DNA of 64,000 nucleotides from an uncultured Gammaproteobacteria bacterium. GTDB lineage: Bacteria; Pseudomonadota; Gammaproteobacteria; Xanthomonadales; Xanthomonadaceae. This document shows, in pieces, positions 47,180 to 58,320 of this stretch; positions within the stretch are counted from its first letter, which is position 1, and each line of letters opens with the position of its first letter. The notes beneath the pieces are model-generated. The model saw only the letters and a program-made list of their open reading frames with translations, was not told where the DNA came from and searched no databases. Location: assembly GCA_965649985.1 (NCBI GenBank), contig CBFGMS010000014.1:5457-69456 (forward strand). The letters are read 5' to 3'. Made by a program: the position numbers and the translations under genes.

Positions 47180-47379
47180 CCCGCGGACACGACCCACGAT
47201 CCGAACCGCCGCGCACAGGCGCAAAAACGGCGACCGAAGACACTGCGCTGAACGAACGCGAGCAGGCGGTCATCGCCGCCCTGCGCGAAGTGGACTTCGG
47301 CGAAGTGGGCATCGTCGTGCACAATGCACGCATCGTGCAGATCACCCGCAGCAGGAAACAACGCTTCTCCGACGGGTAA
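47176..47379 (+). CDS. YezD/DUF2292 family small protein
   Basis: ORF 47176..47379; its ATG overlaps the Rrf2 TGA (ATGA). The C-terminal half IAALREVDFGEVGIVVHNARIVQITRSRKQRF fits the DUF2292 pattern. Confidence 0.75.
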   Translation: MTRGHDPRSEPPRTGAKTATEDTALNEREQAVIAALREVDFGEVGIVVHNARIVQITRSRKQRFSDG

Positions 47380-47515
47380 GCTGCATCGAGACCGCATCGT
47401 CGGCACCGCATCGTCAGCACCCCATCGCAGCGAGACGCGATACAGCGACACCACCCACACCATCCACCGCAGACCGGACCACCGGACGCGGCTTCAGTTT
47501 CCAGAGGAGCCCTCC

Positions 47516-49012
47516 GTGCCCAGTCGCACCCGTTCGTGCGCGCGCAGACCGCGCGCGTCCCATGCCATGGCCGTCGCGACCCTGGTCGCGTGCGGCGCGT
47601 CATCCGCATTCGCCCAGTCATCCGGGGCGGATCCATCCCCGGACGACCTCGCCGCACGACTGGCGGCGGTCGAGCGCCTGCTCGGCGTGGATCCGACGCA
47701 TCCGCCATCGCCGCAGACCGGCCACGCAGCGGCCGAGCACATCGACATGGCCACGCTCGCACGGCGACTGGCGGCCATCGAGCGCAGACTCGAGCAGCCG
47801 ACGCAGGAAGCCGCCGCGCCACCGGCGCCCACCACCACCACTGCGCTCACCGTCGGCCGCGGACTCTCGATCAAGGGCCCGGACGGCGCCGAGCTCCGTG
47901 TGCGCGGACTGGTCCAGGCCGACGGCCGCTTCTTCCCCGACGACCACGGCGCCGCGCCATCCGCCACGTTCCTGATGCGCCGCATCCGCCCGACGCTGGA
48001 AGGCAGCTGGGGGCCGCTGATCGGCTTCCGGCTCACGCCCGAGTTCGCAGGCGACAACGCCAGCCTCGTGGATGCGTATGTCGATGTGAAGTTCGACCCG
48101 CGCGCCACACTGCGGATCGGCAAGGTGAAAGGCCCGGTCGGCCTGGAGCGGCTGCAGTCGGGCGGTTCGCTGGCGATGGTGGAACGCGGCTTTCCCACCG
48201 AACTGGCCCCCAACCGCGATCTCGGCGTGCAGCTGCAGGGCGACCTGCGCGAAGGCAGGCTGCAGTACGTCCTGGGCGTATACAACGGCGCGCCCGATGG
48301 GCGCGACGCCGCCACCGCCAACACGGACGATGCATTCGAGTATGCCGGCCGCCTGTTCTGGGAACCGTTCAAGGGCAAGGACCATGCGCTGTCCGGACTG
48401 GGCATCGGCATCGCCGCGAGCAGCGGCGACACCTTCGGCACCGGCAACGGCGTGTTGCCGCGCTATCGCACGCCTGCCCAGGCGCAGTTCTTCAATTACG
48501 GAAGCAATGTGGCCGGCGACGGGCTGCGCAGGCGGCTCTCGCCGCAAGGCTATTACCACCGCGGCGCCTTCGGCCTGCTCGCCGAGCACATCACCTCCGA
48601 GCAGGCGCTGCGCCTGATCTCCGGGCCCGATGCAGGGCGCGGCGCGCGCATCGAAAACCGCGCATATCAACTCACGGGCAGCTACGTGCTGACCGGCGAG
48701 GACGCAAGTTTTCGCGGAGTGGCCAAACCCGACCGGCCGTTCTCGCCCGATGGTGCGGGCTGGGGCGCGTTCGAACTCGTCGGACGCTACGGCGTGCTCG
48801 ACATCGACGACGACGCGTTCCCGCTGTTCGCCAACCCCGCGCTGTCCGCATCGCGTGCCGAGTCCTGGAGCGTCGGGTTGAACTGGTACCTCAACGCGCA
48901 TCTGAAGCTGGTCGCCAACTACACGCACACCGCATTCGACGGCGGCGCGGCGGCGGGCGCGGACCGCAGGGACGAGCGCGCGGTGCTCGCCCGCGCGCAG
49001 CTGTCCTTCTGA
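47516..49012 (+). CDS. OprO/OprP-family anion-selective porin
   Basis: Frame of ORF 47324..49012, start at GTG 47516 (GGAG 6 nt upstream; ATG alternative 47567). Signal peptide ...ACGASSAFAQ, duplicated coiled motif (LAARLAAVERLLG / LARRLAAIERRLE), then a Porin_O_P-like barrel ending in ...RAQLSF. Confidence 0.8.
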   Translation: MPSRTRSCARRPRASHAMAVATLVACGASSAFAQSSGADPSPDDLAARLAAVERLLGVDPTHPPSPQTGHAAAEHIDMATLARRLAAIERRLEQPTQEAAAPPAPTTTTALTVGRGLSIKGPDGAELRVRGLVQADGRFFPDDHGAAPSATFLMRRIRPTLEGSWGPLIGFRLTPEFAGDNASLVDAYVDVKFDPRATLRIGKVKGPVGLERLQSGGSLAMVERGFPTELAPNRDLGVQLQGDLREGRLQYVLGVYNGAPDGRDAATANTDDAFEYAGRLFWEPFKGKDHALSGLGIGIAASSGDTFGTGNGVLPRYRTPAQAQFFNYGSNVAGDGLRRRLSPQGYYHRGAFGLLAEHITSEQALRLISGPDAGRGARIENRAYQLTGSYVLTGEDASFRGVAKPDRPFSPDGAGWGAFELVGRYGVLDIDDDAFPLFANPALSASRAESWSVGLNWYLNAHLKLVANYTHTAFDGGAAAGADRRDERAVLARAQLSF

Positions 49013-49125
49013 ATCGCATCTTTTCATCGCGCCTTTGAACCGCGCCTTCGCGGTGGGCAATCACCGTGCGGCGCCCATCCGGGCGCTTCGCCCCGAATCA
49101 CGTGACACTCCCCAACGAGGTTTGC

Positions 49126-50160
49126 ATGAACACGCTCCTGAAAACCACATTGTCCGCACTCTCCGTCGCCGGCCTGCTGGTGGCGGCCGCACTTCCCTTC
49201 TCGACCGCGCGCGCGAACGACAAGGAACTGCTCAACGTCTCCTACGACCCCACCCGCGAGCTGTACGTCGACGTCAACGCGCGCTTCGCGGCGCAGTGGA
49301 AGGCGCAGACCGGCGAAACCCTGAAGCTCTCCACCTCGCACGGCGGCTCGGGCAAACAGGCGCGATCGGTGATCGACGGCCTGCAGGCGGACGTGGTGAC
49401 CCTGGCGCTGGCCGCGGACATCGACGCCATCGCCGAGAACGCGAAACTGCTGCCGGCCGACTGGCAGCGCAGACTGCCGCACAACAGCGCGCCCTATACC
49501 TCGACCATCGTGTTCCTGGTGCGCAAGGGCAACCCGAAGAAGATCCGCGACTGGGGCGATCTCGCCCGGCCGGGCGTGTCGGTGATCACGCCCAATCCGA
49601 AGACCTCGGGTGGTGCGCGCTGGAATTACCTCGCCGCCTGGGCCTGGGCCTCGCGCGAATACCGCGACGGCGGCAAGGTGCTGGACTACATGAGCCGGCT
49701 GTTCCGCAACGTATCGGTACTGGATACCGGCGCACGCGGTTCGGCCACCACCTTCGCCGAGCGGGGCATCGGCGACGTGATGATCGCCTGGGAAAACGAG
49801 GCGCTGCTCACGCTCGATCTGCCGTCCACGCGCGGCAAGTTCGAGGTGGTGCTGCCCAGCGTGAGCATTCGCGCCGAGCCCACGGTGGCCTGGCTCGACA
49901 AGAACGTGGAGCGCCGCGGCACGCGCAAGCAGGCCGAGGCGTATCTGCGCTTCCTCTACTCGCCGGAAGGCCAGCGGCTGGCCGCCAAGCACCACTACCG
50001 GCCCGCCACGCCGGACGGCGTGCCGGCTGCAGACCTGGCGAAGTTCAAACCGCTCGTGCTGGTCACCATCGACGGCGCATTCGGCGGCTGGAAGAAGGCG
50101 CAGGCCCAGCATTTCGCGGACGGTGGATTCTTCGACCGCATCTACCGGCCGGAGCCCTGA
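49126..50160 (+). CDS. sbp: Sulfate/thiosulfate ABC transporter substrate-binding protein
   Basis: Frame of ORF 49066..50160, start MNTLLKTT (ATG 49126). Signal peptide and Sbp/CysP motifs [12 protein letters not shown] and [12 protein letters not shown]. Confidence 0.9.
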   Translation: MNTLLKTTLSALSVAGLLVAAALPFSTARANDKELLNVSYDPTRELYVDVNARFAAQWKAQTGETLKLSTSHGGSGKQARSVIDGLQADVVTLALAADIDAIAENAKLLPADWQRRLPHNSAPYTSTIVFLVRKGNPKKIRDWGDLARPGVSVITPNPKTSGGARWNYLAAWAWASREYRDGGKVLDYMSRLFRNVSVLDTGARGSATTFAERGIGDVMIAWENEALLTLDLPSTRGKFEVVLPSVSIRAEPTVAWLDKNVERRGTRKQAEAYLRFLYSPEGQRLAAKHHYRPATPDGVPAADLAKFKPLVLVTIDGAFGGWKKAQAQHFADGGFFDRIYRPEP

Positions 50161-50163
50161 GAC

Positions 50164-51033
50164 ATGGGGCTGCGCATGCGGTCCGGGGCCGGGCGCCCTG
50201 CCCGGCCTCCACGGCCCTTGCCCGGGTTCGGGCTGAGCCTGGGTCTCGGCATGGCGTGGCTGGGCGCGGTGGTGCTGCTGCCGCTGCTGGCCTTGACGGT
50301 CAGCGCCGCCGGCCTCGACGCGGAGGCATGGACGCGCGCTCTGCAGGATGCACGCGTCCAGGCGGCCTTGCGGGTGAGCTTCGGCGCAGCGGCGATCGCG
50401 GCGGTCTGCGCGTCGCTGGCGGGCACGCTGGTGGCCTGGGTCCTGGTGCGCTATCGGTTTCCCGGCCGGCGCCTGCTCGATGCGCTGGTCGACCTGCCCT
50501 TCGCCCTGCCCACGGCGGTCGCCGGGATCGCTCTGACCGCGGTCTATTCCGGCAACGGCTGGGTGGGCCGCTGGCTGGAGCCGCTGGGCGTCAAGATCGC
50601 CTACACCCAGGTCGGCATCGTGATCGCGCTGATCTTCATCGGCCTCCCGTTCGCGGTCCGCACCCTGCAGCCGGTGCTGGAATCGCTCGGACGCGAAGCG
50701 GAGGAGGCGGCGGCCTCGCTCGGCGCCTCGCGCCTCACGGCGCTGCGTCGCGTGGTGTTTCCGGAACTGCTGCCGGCCCTGCTCACCGGTTTTTCGCTGG
50801 CCTTCGCACGCGGACTGGGCGAATACGGCTCGGTGATCTTCATCGCCGGCAATCTGCCGCACAGGACCGAGATCGCGCCGCTGCTGGTGGTCATCCGACT
50901 GGAGGAGTACGACTACGGCGGTGCCATCGCGATCGCGGCGCTGCTGCTCGCCGCCTCGTTCGTCTGCCTGCTCGCGATCAACGCGATCCCCCTGCTCTTT
51001 TCCCACGGCCGACGAGGCACCGACGATGCATGA
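50164..51033 (+). CDS. cysT: Sulfate ABC transporter permease CysT
   Basis: ORF 50164..51033. Starts 3 nt after sbp. BPD-transporter EAA region EEAAASLGASRLTALRRVVFP. Confidence 0.9.
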   Translation: MGLRMRSGAGRPARPPRPLPGFGLSLGLGMAWLGAVVLLPLLALTVSAAGLDAEAWTRALQDARVQAALRVSFGAAAIAAVCASLAGTLVAWVLVRYRFPGRRLLDALVDLPFALPTAVAGIALTAVYSGNGWVGRWLEPLGVKIAYTQVGIVIALIFIGLPFAVRTLQPVLESLGREAEEAAASLGASRLTALRRVVFPELLPALLTGFSLAFARGLGEYGSVIFIAGNLPHRTEIAPLLVVIRLEEYDYGGAIAIAALLLAASFVCLLAINAIPLLFSHGRRGTDDA

Positions 51034-51874
51034 CCACTCCCCCCTGCGCGAACCGCCGTGGGTGCGGCGTGCGCTCATCTCCGTCGCCGCACTGCTGATG
51101 CTGGCGCTCGTGGTGTTGCCGCTGGCGATGGTGCTGAGCGCGGCCTTCGGCGAAGGCTTCCGCGCCTGGATGGACGCGCTGACCACGCCCGACGCCCTGT
51201 CGGCGCTGCGGCTGACGCTGTTCACGGTGGCGATCGTTCTGCCGGTGAACGCGGTGTTCGGCGTGCTGGCGGCCTGGGCGATCGCGCGCTTCGACTTCTT
51301 CGGCAAGCGCGTGCTGATCGCATTGATCGATCTGCCCTTCGCGGTCTCGCCGGTCGTCGCCGGGCTGTGCCTGGTGCTGCTGTTCGGCAGCCAGGGCTGG
51401 TTCGCGGAGATTCTGCGCGACTACGACATCAGGATCCTGTTCGCCCGTCCGGGCATCGTGCTGGCGACGCTGTTCATCACCTTCCCGTTCGTCGTCCGCG
51501 AGCTGATCCCGCTGATGCAGCAGCAGGGCGTGGAAGAGGAACTGGCGGCGCGTTCGCTCGGCGCCGGCGCCTGGACCATGTTCACGCGCATCACGCTGCC
51601 CAACATCCGCTGGGGCCTGCTCTACGGCGTCCTGTTGTGCGGCGCGCGGGCGATGGGCGAGTTCGGCGCGGTCTCGGTGGTGTCCGGCCACATCCGCGGG
51701 CAGACGAACACCCTGCCGCTGCACATCGAGATTCTCTACAACGAATTCGACAGCACCGGTGCGTTCGCGGCGGCGTCGCTGTTGAGCTGCATGGCGCTGA
51801 TCACGCTGTTGGTGAAGTTCTGGCTGGAGTCCCGTCACGCCGACGGGATCGCCGCATCGCACAGGAGACACTGA
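51026..51874 (+). CDS. cysW: Sulfate ABC transporter permease CysW
   Basis: Frame of ORF 50921..51874, start MHDHSPLRE (ATG 51026, 8-nt overlap with cysT). EAA region [22 protein letters not shown]. Confidence 0.9.
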   Translation: MHDHSPLREPPWVRRALISVAALLMLALVVLPLAMVLSAAFGEGFRAWMDALTTPDALSALRLTLFTVAIVLPVNAVFGVLAAWAIARFDFFGKRVLIALIDLPFAVSPVVAGLCLVLLFGSQGWFAEILRDYDIRILFARPGIVLATLFITFPFVVRELIPLMQQQGVEEELAARSLGAGAWTMFTRITLPNIRWGLLYGVLLCGARAMGEFGAVSVVSGHIRGQTNTLPLHIEILYNEFDSTGAFAAASLLSCMALITLLVKFWLESRHADGIAASHRRH

Positions 51875-53094
51875 TGTCGAACACGCATATTCCATCCACA
51901 CCGCGGCCCGGGCCGCCCCCGTCCCGTCCGGCCCCCGCCGCGCCGCCCATGCCGGCGGACGGCGCGTGGTCGAGCGCGTCGGACGCGCGCATCGGTCTGC
52001 AGATCCGCGGGCTGAGCAAACGCTTCGGCGGGGTCGCCGCGCTGGACGCGGTGGACCTGCGCATCGAGGCCGGGGAGCTGATCGCGCTGGTCGGCCCCTC
52101 GGGCTCGGGCAAGACCACACTGCTGCGGGCCATCGCCGGGCTGCTGCCGGCGGATGCCGGCGAAATCCGCTTCGGCGACCGCGATGCCACGGCGCTCAGC
52201 CTGCGCGAGCGCAACGTCGGCTTCGTCTTCCAGCATTACGCGCTGTTCCGTCACATGACCGTGGCCGAGAACGTGGCCTTCGGCCTGCGCAGCCGGCCGC
52301 GCGCACGCCGGCCGCCTCGCAGCGCGATCACGTCGCGGGTGGAGGAACTGCTGCGCCTGGTGCAGCTGCCGGAGCACGGCGCACGCTATCCGGACCAGCT
52401 CTCGGGCGGGCAGAAACAGCGCATCGCCCTGGCGCGCGCACTCGCCATCGAACCCAGCGTGCTGCTGCTCGACGAACCGTTCGGAGCGCTGGACGCGAAA
52501 GTCCGGGTGGAACTGCGCCGCTGGCTGCGTGCGCTGCACGAACAGACCGGGCGAACCACCGTGTTCGTGACCCACGACCAGGAGGAAGCGCTGGAACTGG
52601 CCGATCGGGTGGTGATCCTGCGCGACGGCAGGATCGAACAGGTCGGCACGCCGGACGACATCTACCGCGAGCCACGGTCCGCCTATGTCTTCGACTTCAT
52701 CGGCCGCAGCAACCGCATCGACGGCAGGATCGAAGACGGCGCGTTCATCGCGGACGGCCTGCGTCTGGACGCGTCCGCCGCGGCAGGGACGGCGGCGGCC
52801 GACCCGGGACGTGCGGGTGTCCCGCCTGTGGCGGGCCCATCGCAGTTGTTCGTGCGGCCGCACGATCTCGCGCTCTGCGCGGACGGGGACGACGACGACG
52901 CGGGCGACCGGCTCGCCGCGACCGTCGTCGCGGTCCGGCGGCGCGCCGACCGCATCACCCTGGAGCTGGCGTTGCAGCGCCACGACGCGCGATGGGAGCT
53001 GGATCTCGTCGACCACGCGCAGCCCTGTCCGGCGGCCGGCGCGCCCGTGCGCCTGCGGCTGCGCAGATGGCGCGCCTACCCACGGAGCCAGTGA
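51874..53094 (+). CDS. cysA: Sulfate ABC transporter ATP-binding protein CysA
   Basis: Tail of ORF 51058..53094 from MSNTHIPS (ATG 51874, which overlaps the cysW TGA). Walker [10 protein letters not shown], signature [15 protein letters not shown], Walker B LLLDEPF. Pro-rich N-terminal extension; a later start is possible. Confidence 0.9.
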   Translation: MSNTHIPSTPRPGPPPSRPAPAAPPMPADGAWSSASDARIGLQIRGLSKRFGGVAALDAVDLRIEAGELIALVGPSGSGKTTLLRAIAGLLPADAGEIRFGDRDATALSLRERNVGFVFQHYALFRHMTVAENVAFGLRSRPRARRPPRSAITSRVEELLRLVQLPEHGARYPDQLSGGQKQRIALARALAIEPSVLLLDEPFGALDAKVRVELRRWLRALHEQTGRTTVFVTHDQEEALELADRVVILRDGRIEQVGTPDDIYREPRSAYVFDFIGRSNRIDGRIEDGAFIADGLRLDASAAAGTAAADPGRAGVPPVAGPSQLFVRPHDLALCADGDDDDAGDRLAATVVAVRRRADRITLELALQRHDARWELDLVDHAQPCPAAGAPVRLRLRRWRAYPRSQ

Positions 53095-53204
53095 TCCCGG
53101 CGCGGAGCGCGCAGTCCGTGCCCTGAGAAGAGCACCCGGCGGAGGGAGTTGACATTCGTCGGGCATGGGGTAGCGTCGGCGGCTTGACGGGGGGAAACGA
53201 CGAC

Positions 53205-54023
53205 ATGGCCGGTGCGCGAACCTGGTTGAAGCATCTGCGCTGGGTCTGGCTGGTCCTGATCCTGGCCGCGATCGTCGTGCAATTCGTGCTGCACGACCGC
53301 CCGGACGCCGTGGCCGTGGTCGAGGGCATCGAACGCGGCTTCGTGCTGCTGGTGTTCGGCGTGATGTCGCTGATGGTCCTCGGGCTGATGCTGCATTTCC
53401 TCGGCAGCCAGCTGCGGCCCAACGAAGATGCGGACTGGGGCGAGCCCGTGCTGCGGCTGCGCAATTCGCGCACGGTGAGTGCGCTGCTGGTGCTGGCCCT
53501 GCTCGCCTTCGGCGCGATCATGGCTTTCGCCCTGCTGCAGTGGAGCGAGCCCGGCGGGCCCTTCGACCCGACGCCGCAGCCGGTGCCGCTGGAGGCGCAG
53601 CTGGCGGTCGGGTTCTTCGGCGTGGTCTGGGGCTTCCTGCTGCTCGCCTTCACGGTGCGCCTGATCCGCAACCCGGCGTGGTTCGTGCTGACCCGCAAGG
53701 GCTTCGTCTATCGCCCGGGCGATGTCTCCCCGGGGCTGGTGCGCTGGGAGGACGTGGTCGAGATCAAGGAGGACGAGGTCCTCGGCAGCGCCGGGCGCGG
53801 CGGCCCGACCCTGCGCCCGGCGCTGGTGATCGTGCTGCGCGATGCGGAGCGCTACACCACCGCCTACAACCCGCTGCTGGCGATGATCGTCCGGCTGGCC
53901 ACCGGCGCGCTCCGTGTGCAGACCGGCGGACGCGGCGATCTCTATCTCGACCCGGTGAATTTCGGTGCGCGCTACGAGGAAGTGAAGGCGCTGATGCGCG
54001 AACACGCCCGCTACGCGCGCTGA
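53205..54023 (+). CDS. Hypothetical membrane protein (about 4 TM plus C-terminal soluble domain)
   Basis: Frame of ORF 53184..54023 (TTG), start at ATG 53205. Hydrophobic segments WVWLVLILAAIVV, FVLLVFGVMSLMVLGLML, ALLVLALLAFGAIMAFALL, VGFFGVVWGFLLLAF. No family recognised with confidence. Confidence 0.6.
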   Translation: MAGARTWLKHLRWVWLVLILAAIVVQFVLHDRPDAVAVVEGIERGFVLLVFGVMSLMVLGLMLHFLGSQLRPNEDADWGEPVLRLRNSRTVSALLVLALLAFGAIMAFALLQWSEPGGPFDPTPQPVPLEAQLAVGFFGVVWGFLLLAFTVRLIRNPAWFVLTRKGFVYRPGDVSPGLVRWEDVVEIKEDEVLGSAGRGGPTLRPALVIVLRDAERYTTAYNPLLAMIVRLATGALRVQTGGRGDLYLDPVNFGARYEEVKALMREHARYAR

Positions 54024-54090
54024 GCCGCACGCATGCGCGCCCGGCGCGCGCCGGACGATGCGGGTCGACCCCGCGGCTCGACCCGACCCC

Positions 54091-55068
54091 TCAGCCCAGC
54101 AGCGCCTCCAGCACCGCCATCCGCACCGCCACGCCGTTGCTCACCTGCCGCAGGACCAGCGACTGCGGCCCGTCGGCGACCACGTCGTCGATCTCCACGC
54201 CGCGGTTCATCGGGCCGGGGTGCATGACCACCGCATCGGGCGCGGCGCGCGCGAGGCGTTCGAGGCTCAGACCGTAGTCGCGGTGATAGACGTCCAGCGA
54301 CTCGACCAGCCCCTGCTCCATCCGCTCGCGCTGCAGGCGCAGCATCATCAGCACGTCGACGCCTGCGACCGCCTCGTCGAAATCCTGGGTGACCACGCAG
54401 TCGTGCAGCATGCCGCCGCTGTCGTCCACCGGCGGCAGCAGCGATGCGGGGCCGCAGACGCGGATCTCACCGGCGCCGAGGATGCGCAGCGCGTGCAGGT
54501 CCGAGCGCGCGACGCGCGAATGCAGCACGTCGCCGACGATCGCGACCTTGAGCCCGGAGAAGTCGCGGCCCTTGGCCTGACGGAGAGTCAGCATGTCCAG
54601 CAGCCCCTGGGTGGGATGCGCACTGCGGCCGTCGCCGGCATTCACGATGCGGGTGGCCGGGTCCACCCAGCGCGCGAGTTCGTTGAGCACGCCGTCCTCG
54701 CGGTGACGGATCACGAACCCGCGCACGCCCATCGCCTCGATGTTCTTGAGCGTGTCCAGCGCGGTCTCGCCCTTGGTGGTAGAGGAGGTGGCCGCGTCGA
54801 AATTGAGCACGTCCGCACCGAGCCGCTGCGCGGCGCGCTGGAAGCTAAGGCGCGTGCGGGTGGAGGGTTCGAAGAACAGCGTGCAGACGGCGGTGCCCGC
54901 GAGCGAAGCCGGCTGCGCGGTGCCGTCGGCGAAGGACTGGGCGCGGTCGAGCAGACGCTCGAGCGTGGCCCGCGGCATCTCGTCCAGGGTCAGCAGGTGG
55001 TGCAGCAGGCCCTGGGCGTCGGTCTGCAGTTCGGACTTGAAGCCGGTCTTGTCGGGGAAGCTGGTCAT
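54091..55068 (-). CDS. pyrB: Aspartate carbamoyltransferase catalytic subunit
   Basis: Frame of ORF 54091..55113, start MTSFPDK (ATG 55068; in-frame GTG at 55113 also possible). Motifs STRTR, HPTQ, HPGPMNRG. Confidence 0.95.
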   Translation of the reverse strand: MTSFPDKTGFKSELQTDAQGLLHHLLTLDEMPRATLERLLDRAQSFADGTAQPASLAGTAVCTLFFEPSTRTRLSFQRAAQRLGADVLNFDAATSSTTKGETALDTLKNIEAMGVRGFVIRHREDGVLNELARWVDPATRIVNAGDGRSAHPTQGLLDMLTLRQAKGRDFSGLKVAIVGDVLHSRVARSDLHALRILGAGEIRVCGPASLLPPVDDSGGMLHDCVVTQDFDEAVAGVDVLMMLRLQRERMEQGLVESLDVYHRDYGLSLERLARAAPDAVVMHPGPMNRGVEIDDVVADGPQSLVLRQVSNGVAVRMAVLEALLG

Positions 55069-55159
55069 GCGGGCCTGTCGTCGGACGTGGGGGGCGGGCG
55101 CGGGCATCTTCACAGGAAAGCGCGGTGCGCGCGAGCGCAGCCGTGCCCGCGCGGCGGGT

Positions 55160-55672
55160 TCAGGCCGATGCGTCGGGCGGGCGGACGGGAGAGGCGTCGG
55201 GCGGCGGGGGCGACAGCGATTCCACCGCCAGCGCGTCCTGCGGCGCGGCGCGCCAGCGCTCGACGATCACCGCCGCGGCCACCGCGTCCAGCAGGTCGGC
55301 GTCGCGACGGCGGCTGCGCCCGTCGGCGCGCTGCCCGGCGAAACGGCGCGCGGCCTCCTGCGAGGAATGGCGCTCGTCCACCAGCACCACCGGCAGGCCA
55401 CTGCGCGCGCGCAGGGCGCGGGCGAAGGCGTGGGCACGGGCGCGGATCGGCTGGTCGCCGCCGTCCAGGGTCATCGGGTCGCCGACCACGCAGCCGCCCG
55501 GCCGCCACTCGCGCAGCAGGCGGTCGACCGCAGCCCAGTCGATGCGCTCGTCGTGCACGTCGACCACCGCCAGCGCACGCGCCTCGACACCGAAGGGGCT
55601 GCCCACGGCCACGCCGATGCGGCGCGCACCGACGTCGAACCCGAGCACGGTCGTGTCGATGGGGATGCTCAT
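55160..55672 (-). CDS. ruvX: Holliday-junction-resolvase-like nuclease RuvX (YqgF)
   Basis: Tail of ORF 55160..56098 from MSIPIDTTVLGFDVGARRIGVAV (ATG 55672). YqgF N-terminal motif, with a Pro-rich C-terminal tail. Confidence 0.85.
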   Translation of the reverse strand: MSIPIDTTVLGFDVGARRIGVAVGSPFGVEARALAVVDVHDERIDWAAVDRLLREWRPGGCVVGDPMTLDGGDQPIRARAHAFARALRARSGLPVVLVDERHSSQEAARRFAGQRADGRSRRRDADLLDAVAAAVIVERWRAAPQDALAVESLSPPPPDASPVRPPDASA

Positions 55673-56256
55673 GCGTGCGTCGTCTGCGGCAGACGCGCTT
55701 CGCCGAACACGAACGGCAACAGGCGCGCGATGTTGCGTGCGTCGTCGATCCCGCGGTGATGCGTGCCCGCGAAGGCGAGACCCGCGCGCTCGACCGCGCC
55801 CGCGAGGCCGTACGTCCTCTTCAGGCCAAGAAGTTCGGAGAACAGCGCCTTGACGTTGAGATGCGGCGCCGGGGCCGGATTCGGCAGGCGGTGGAAATCG
55901 CAGTCCTGCTGCAGCTGGTGACGGTCGTAATCGCCCCAGGAGCAGAACGCCGCATCGCGCCAGGGCCGCAGCCAGGCATCGAAGGCGGCCAGGGCTTCGG
56001 CGAAGCCGGGGGCGGCATCGACATCCTGCTGCCGGATCGTGGTCAACCCGGTGCAGAACGCGGTGAGCCGCGGGTGCCGCACGGGTTTGACGAAACACAC
56101 GAATTCGTCGATCGGGTTGAACCTGTCGTCGGTCATGACCGCGCCGAACTCGATGATCTCCATCTCGCCGCGCGGCACGCTGCCCAGATCGCAGCAGGTG
56201 GCCTCGAAATCGATGACCAGATAGTGCGGGTACGCGACATGCATCGGCGCGGGCAT
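55669..56256 (-). CDS. DEDDh 3'-5' exonuclease (ERI-1/KapD-like)
   Basis: ORF 55669..56256. Exo I VIDFEATC and Exo III HRGIDDARNIARL. The stop overlaps the ruvX ATG (ATGA), and the start lies 4 nt after the yqgE stop. Confidence 0.8.
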   Translation of the reverse strand: MPAPMHVAYPHYLVIDFEATCCDLGSVPRGEMEIIEFGAVMTDDRFNPIDEFVCFVKPVRHPRLTAFCTGLTTIRQQDVDAAPGFAEALAAFDAWLRPWRDAAFCSWGDYDRHQLQQDCDFHRLPNPAPAPHLNVKALFSELLGLKRTYGLAGAVERAGLAFAGTHHRGIDDARNIARLLPFVFGEARLPQTTHA

Positions 56257-56260
56257 CTGT

Positions 56261-56827
56261 TCAGGCGTGACCGCTGTAGTCCGGCATGCGCAGCAGATCG
56301 ACGCCGATCCGTCCGGCCGCAGCCTGCCATCGGGCGTCCAGCGGCAGGTCGAACAGCAGCTCGGGCGCGCTGTCGACGGTCAGCCAGGCGTTGTCGGCCA
56401 GTTCCTGCTCCAGCTGCCCCGCTCCCCAGCCGGCGCAGCCCAGCACCACCTGGGCCTGGCCCGGGCCATCGCCGCGGGCCATCGCTTCGAGGATGTCGCG
56501 GGAGGTGGTGACGTACAGGCCGTCGACCACGCGCAGGGTGGAATCCCAGATGCGGTCGCCATCGTGCAGCACGAAACCACGCTCGGGATGCACCGGGCCG
56601 CCGCTGAGCACGGGCCGGCCGCGCATCACGGCATCGCCGCCCTCGATCCCCATCTGGTCGAAGATGTCGCCCAGCAGGTATTCCGACGGGCGGTTCATCA
56701 CCAGCCCCATGGCGCCCTCGCCGTCGTGCTGGCAGATCAGCGACACGGTGCGGGCGAAGTTGGGGTCATCCAGCGCCGGCAGGGCGACCAGCAGCTGGTT
56801 GGCGAGCGGGGTGGCATCGGGAAGCAT
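56261..56827 (-). CDS. yqgE: YqgE/AlgH family protein
   Basis: Frame of ORF 56261..56950, start [17 protein letters not shown] (ATG 56827). Family motifs [15 protein letters not shown] and [13 protein letters not shown]. Confidence 0.9.
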   Translation of the reverse strand: MLPDATPLANQLLVALPALDDPNFARTVSLICQHDGEGAMGLVMNRPSEYLLGDIFDQMGIEGGDAVMRGRPVLSGGPVHPERGFVLHDGDRIWDSTLRVVDGLYVTTSRDILEAMARGDGPGQAQVVLGCAGWGAGQLEQELADNAWLTVDSAPELLFDLPLDARWQAAAGRIGVDLLRMPDYSGHA

Positions 56828-56980
56828 GCGGCCATTGTAAGGCCATGCCCGGGAGGCCGTCGCATGGGCGCGGCCGCGGTGCCGCGCGTGATGCCGGGAA
56901 CGAAGCCCGGCATCGTCCCTGTCCGGGGCGGACGCGCACTGGACGGACACGCCCCCGCAGGAGCGTGTCTGGGGCGTGAC

Positions 56981-57609
<629 letters not shown>

Positions 57610-57610
<1 letters not shown>

Positions 57611-58320
57611 TACTTCGCTCCTCGGGTCGTGCGCTGCTCGATGCGCTTCTCGGGGGTGGGGTTCACGACGATGCGGTCGACGTAGATGCCCGGCAGGTGC
57701 ACGTGATCCGGGTCGATGCTGCCGGTGGGCACCAGCTCCTCGACCTCGGCCACGCACACCGCACCTGCCATCGCGCAGGCCGGGTTGAAGTTGCGCGCGG
57801 TCTTGCGGAACACCAGGTTGCCGCTTTCGTCGGCCTTCCAGGCCTTGACCAGGGACACGTCGGCCTTCAGCGCGGTCTCCAGCACATACCAGTGGCCGTC
57901 GGGGAACTGGCGGGTCTCCTTGCCTTCGGCCACCACCGTGCCGTAGCCGGTGCGGGTGAAGAAGGCCGGGATGCCCGCGCCGCCGGCGCGCAGGCGCTCG
58001 GCCAGGGTGCCCTGCGGGTTGAATTCGAGCTCGAGTTCGCCGGCGAGGAACTGGCGCTCGAACTCCTTGTTCTCGCCCACGTAGGACGAAATCATCTTCT
58101 TGATCTGCCGGGTGCTGAGCAGTTGGCCGAGGCCGAAGCCGTCGACGCCGGCATTGTTGGAGATCGCGGTCAGCCCGGTGACGCCGGAATCGCGCAGGGC
58201 GGCGATCAGCGCCTCGGGGATGCCGCAGAGGCCGAACCCGCCGACCGCGAGGGTCTGGCCGTCGGCGACGAGGTCGCGCAGCGCGGTGGCGGCATCGGGG
58301 AAGACTTTGCGCTTGCTCAT
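57610..58320 (-). CDS. scoA: 3-oxoacid CoA-transferase subunit A
   Basis: Frame of ORF 57610..58443, start [14 protein letters not shown] (ATG 58320). [10 protein letters not shown] motif. The TAA overlaps the scoB ATG by 1 nt (TAATG). Confidence 0.95.

Noticed and set aside
55069-55159. A pyrBI-type leader peptide or attenuator, or a missing pyrR upstream of pyrB
   Set aside because: The gap is only about 90 bp, with no U-rich terminator or short leader ORF apart from an in-frame GTG extension of pyrB itself.
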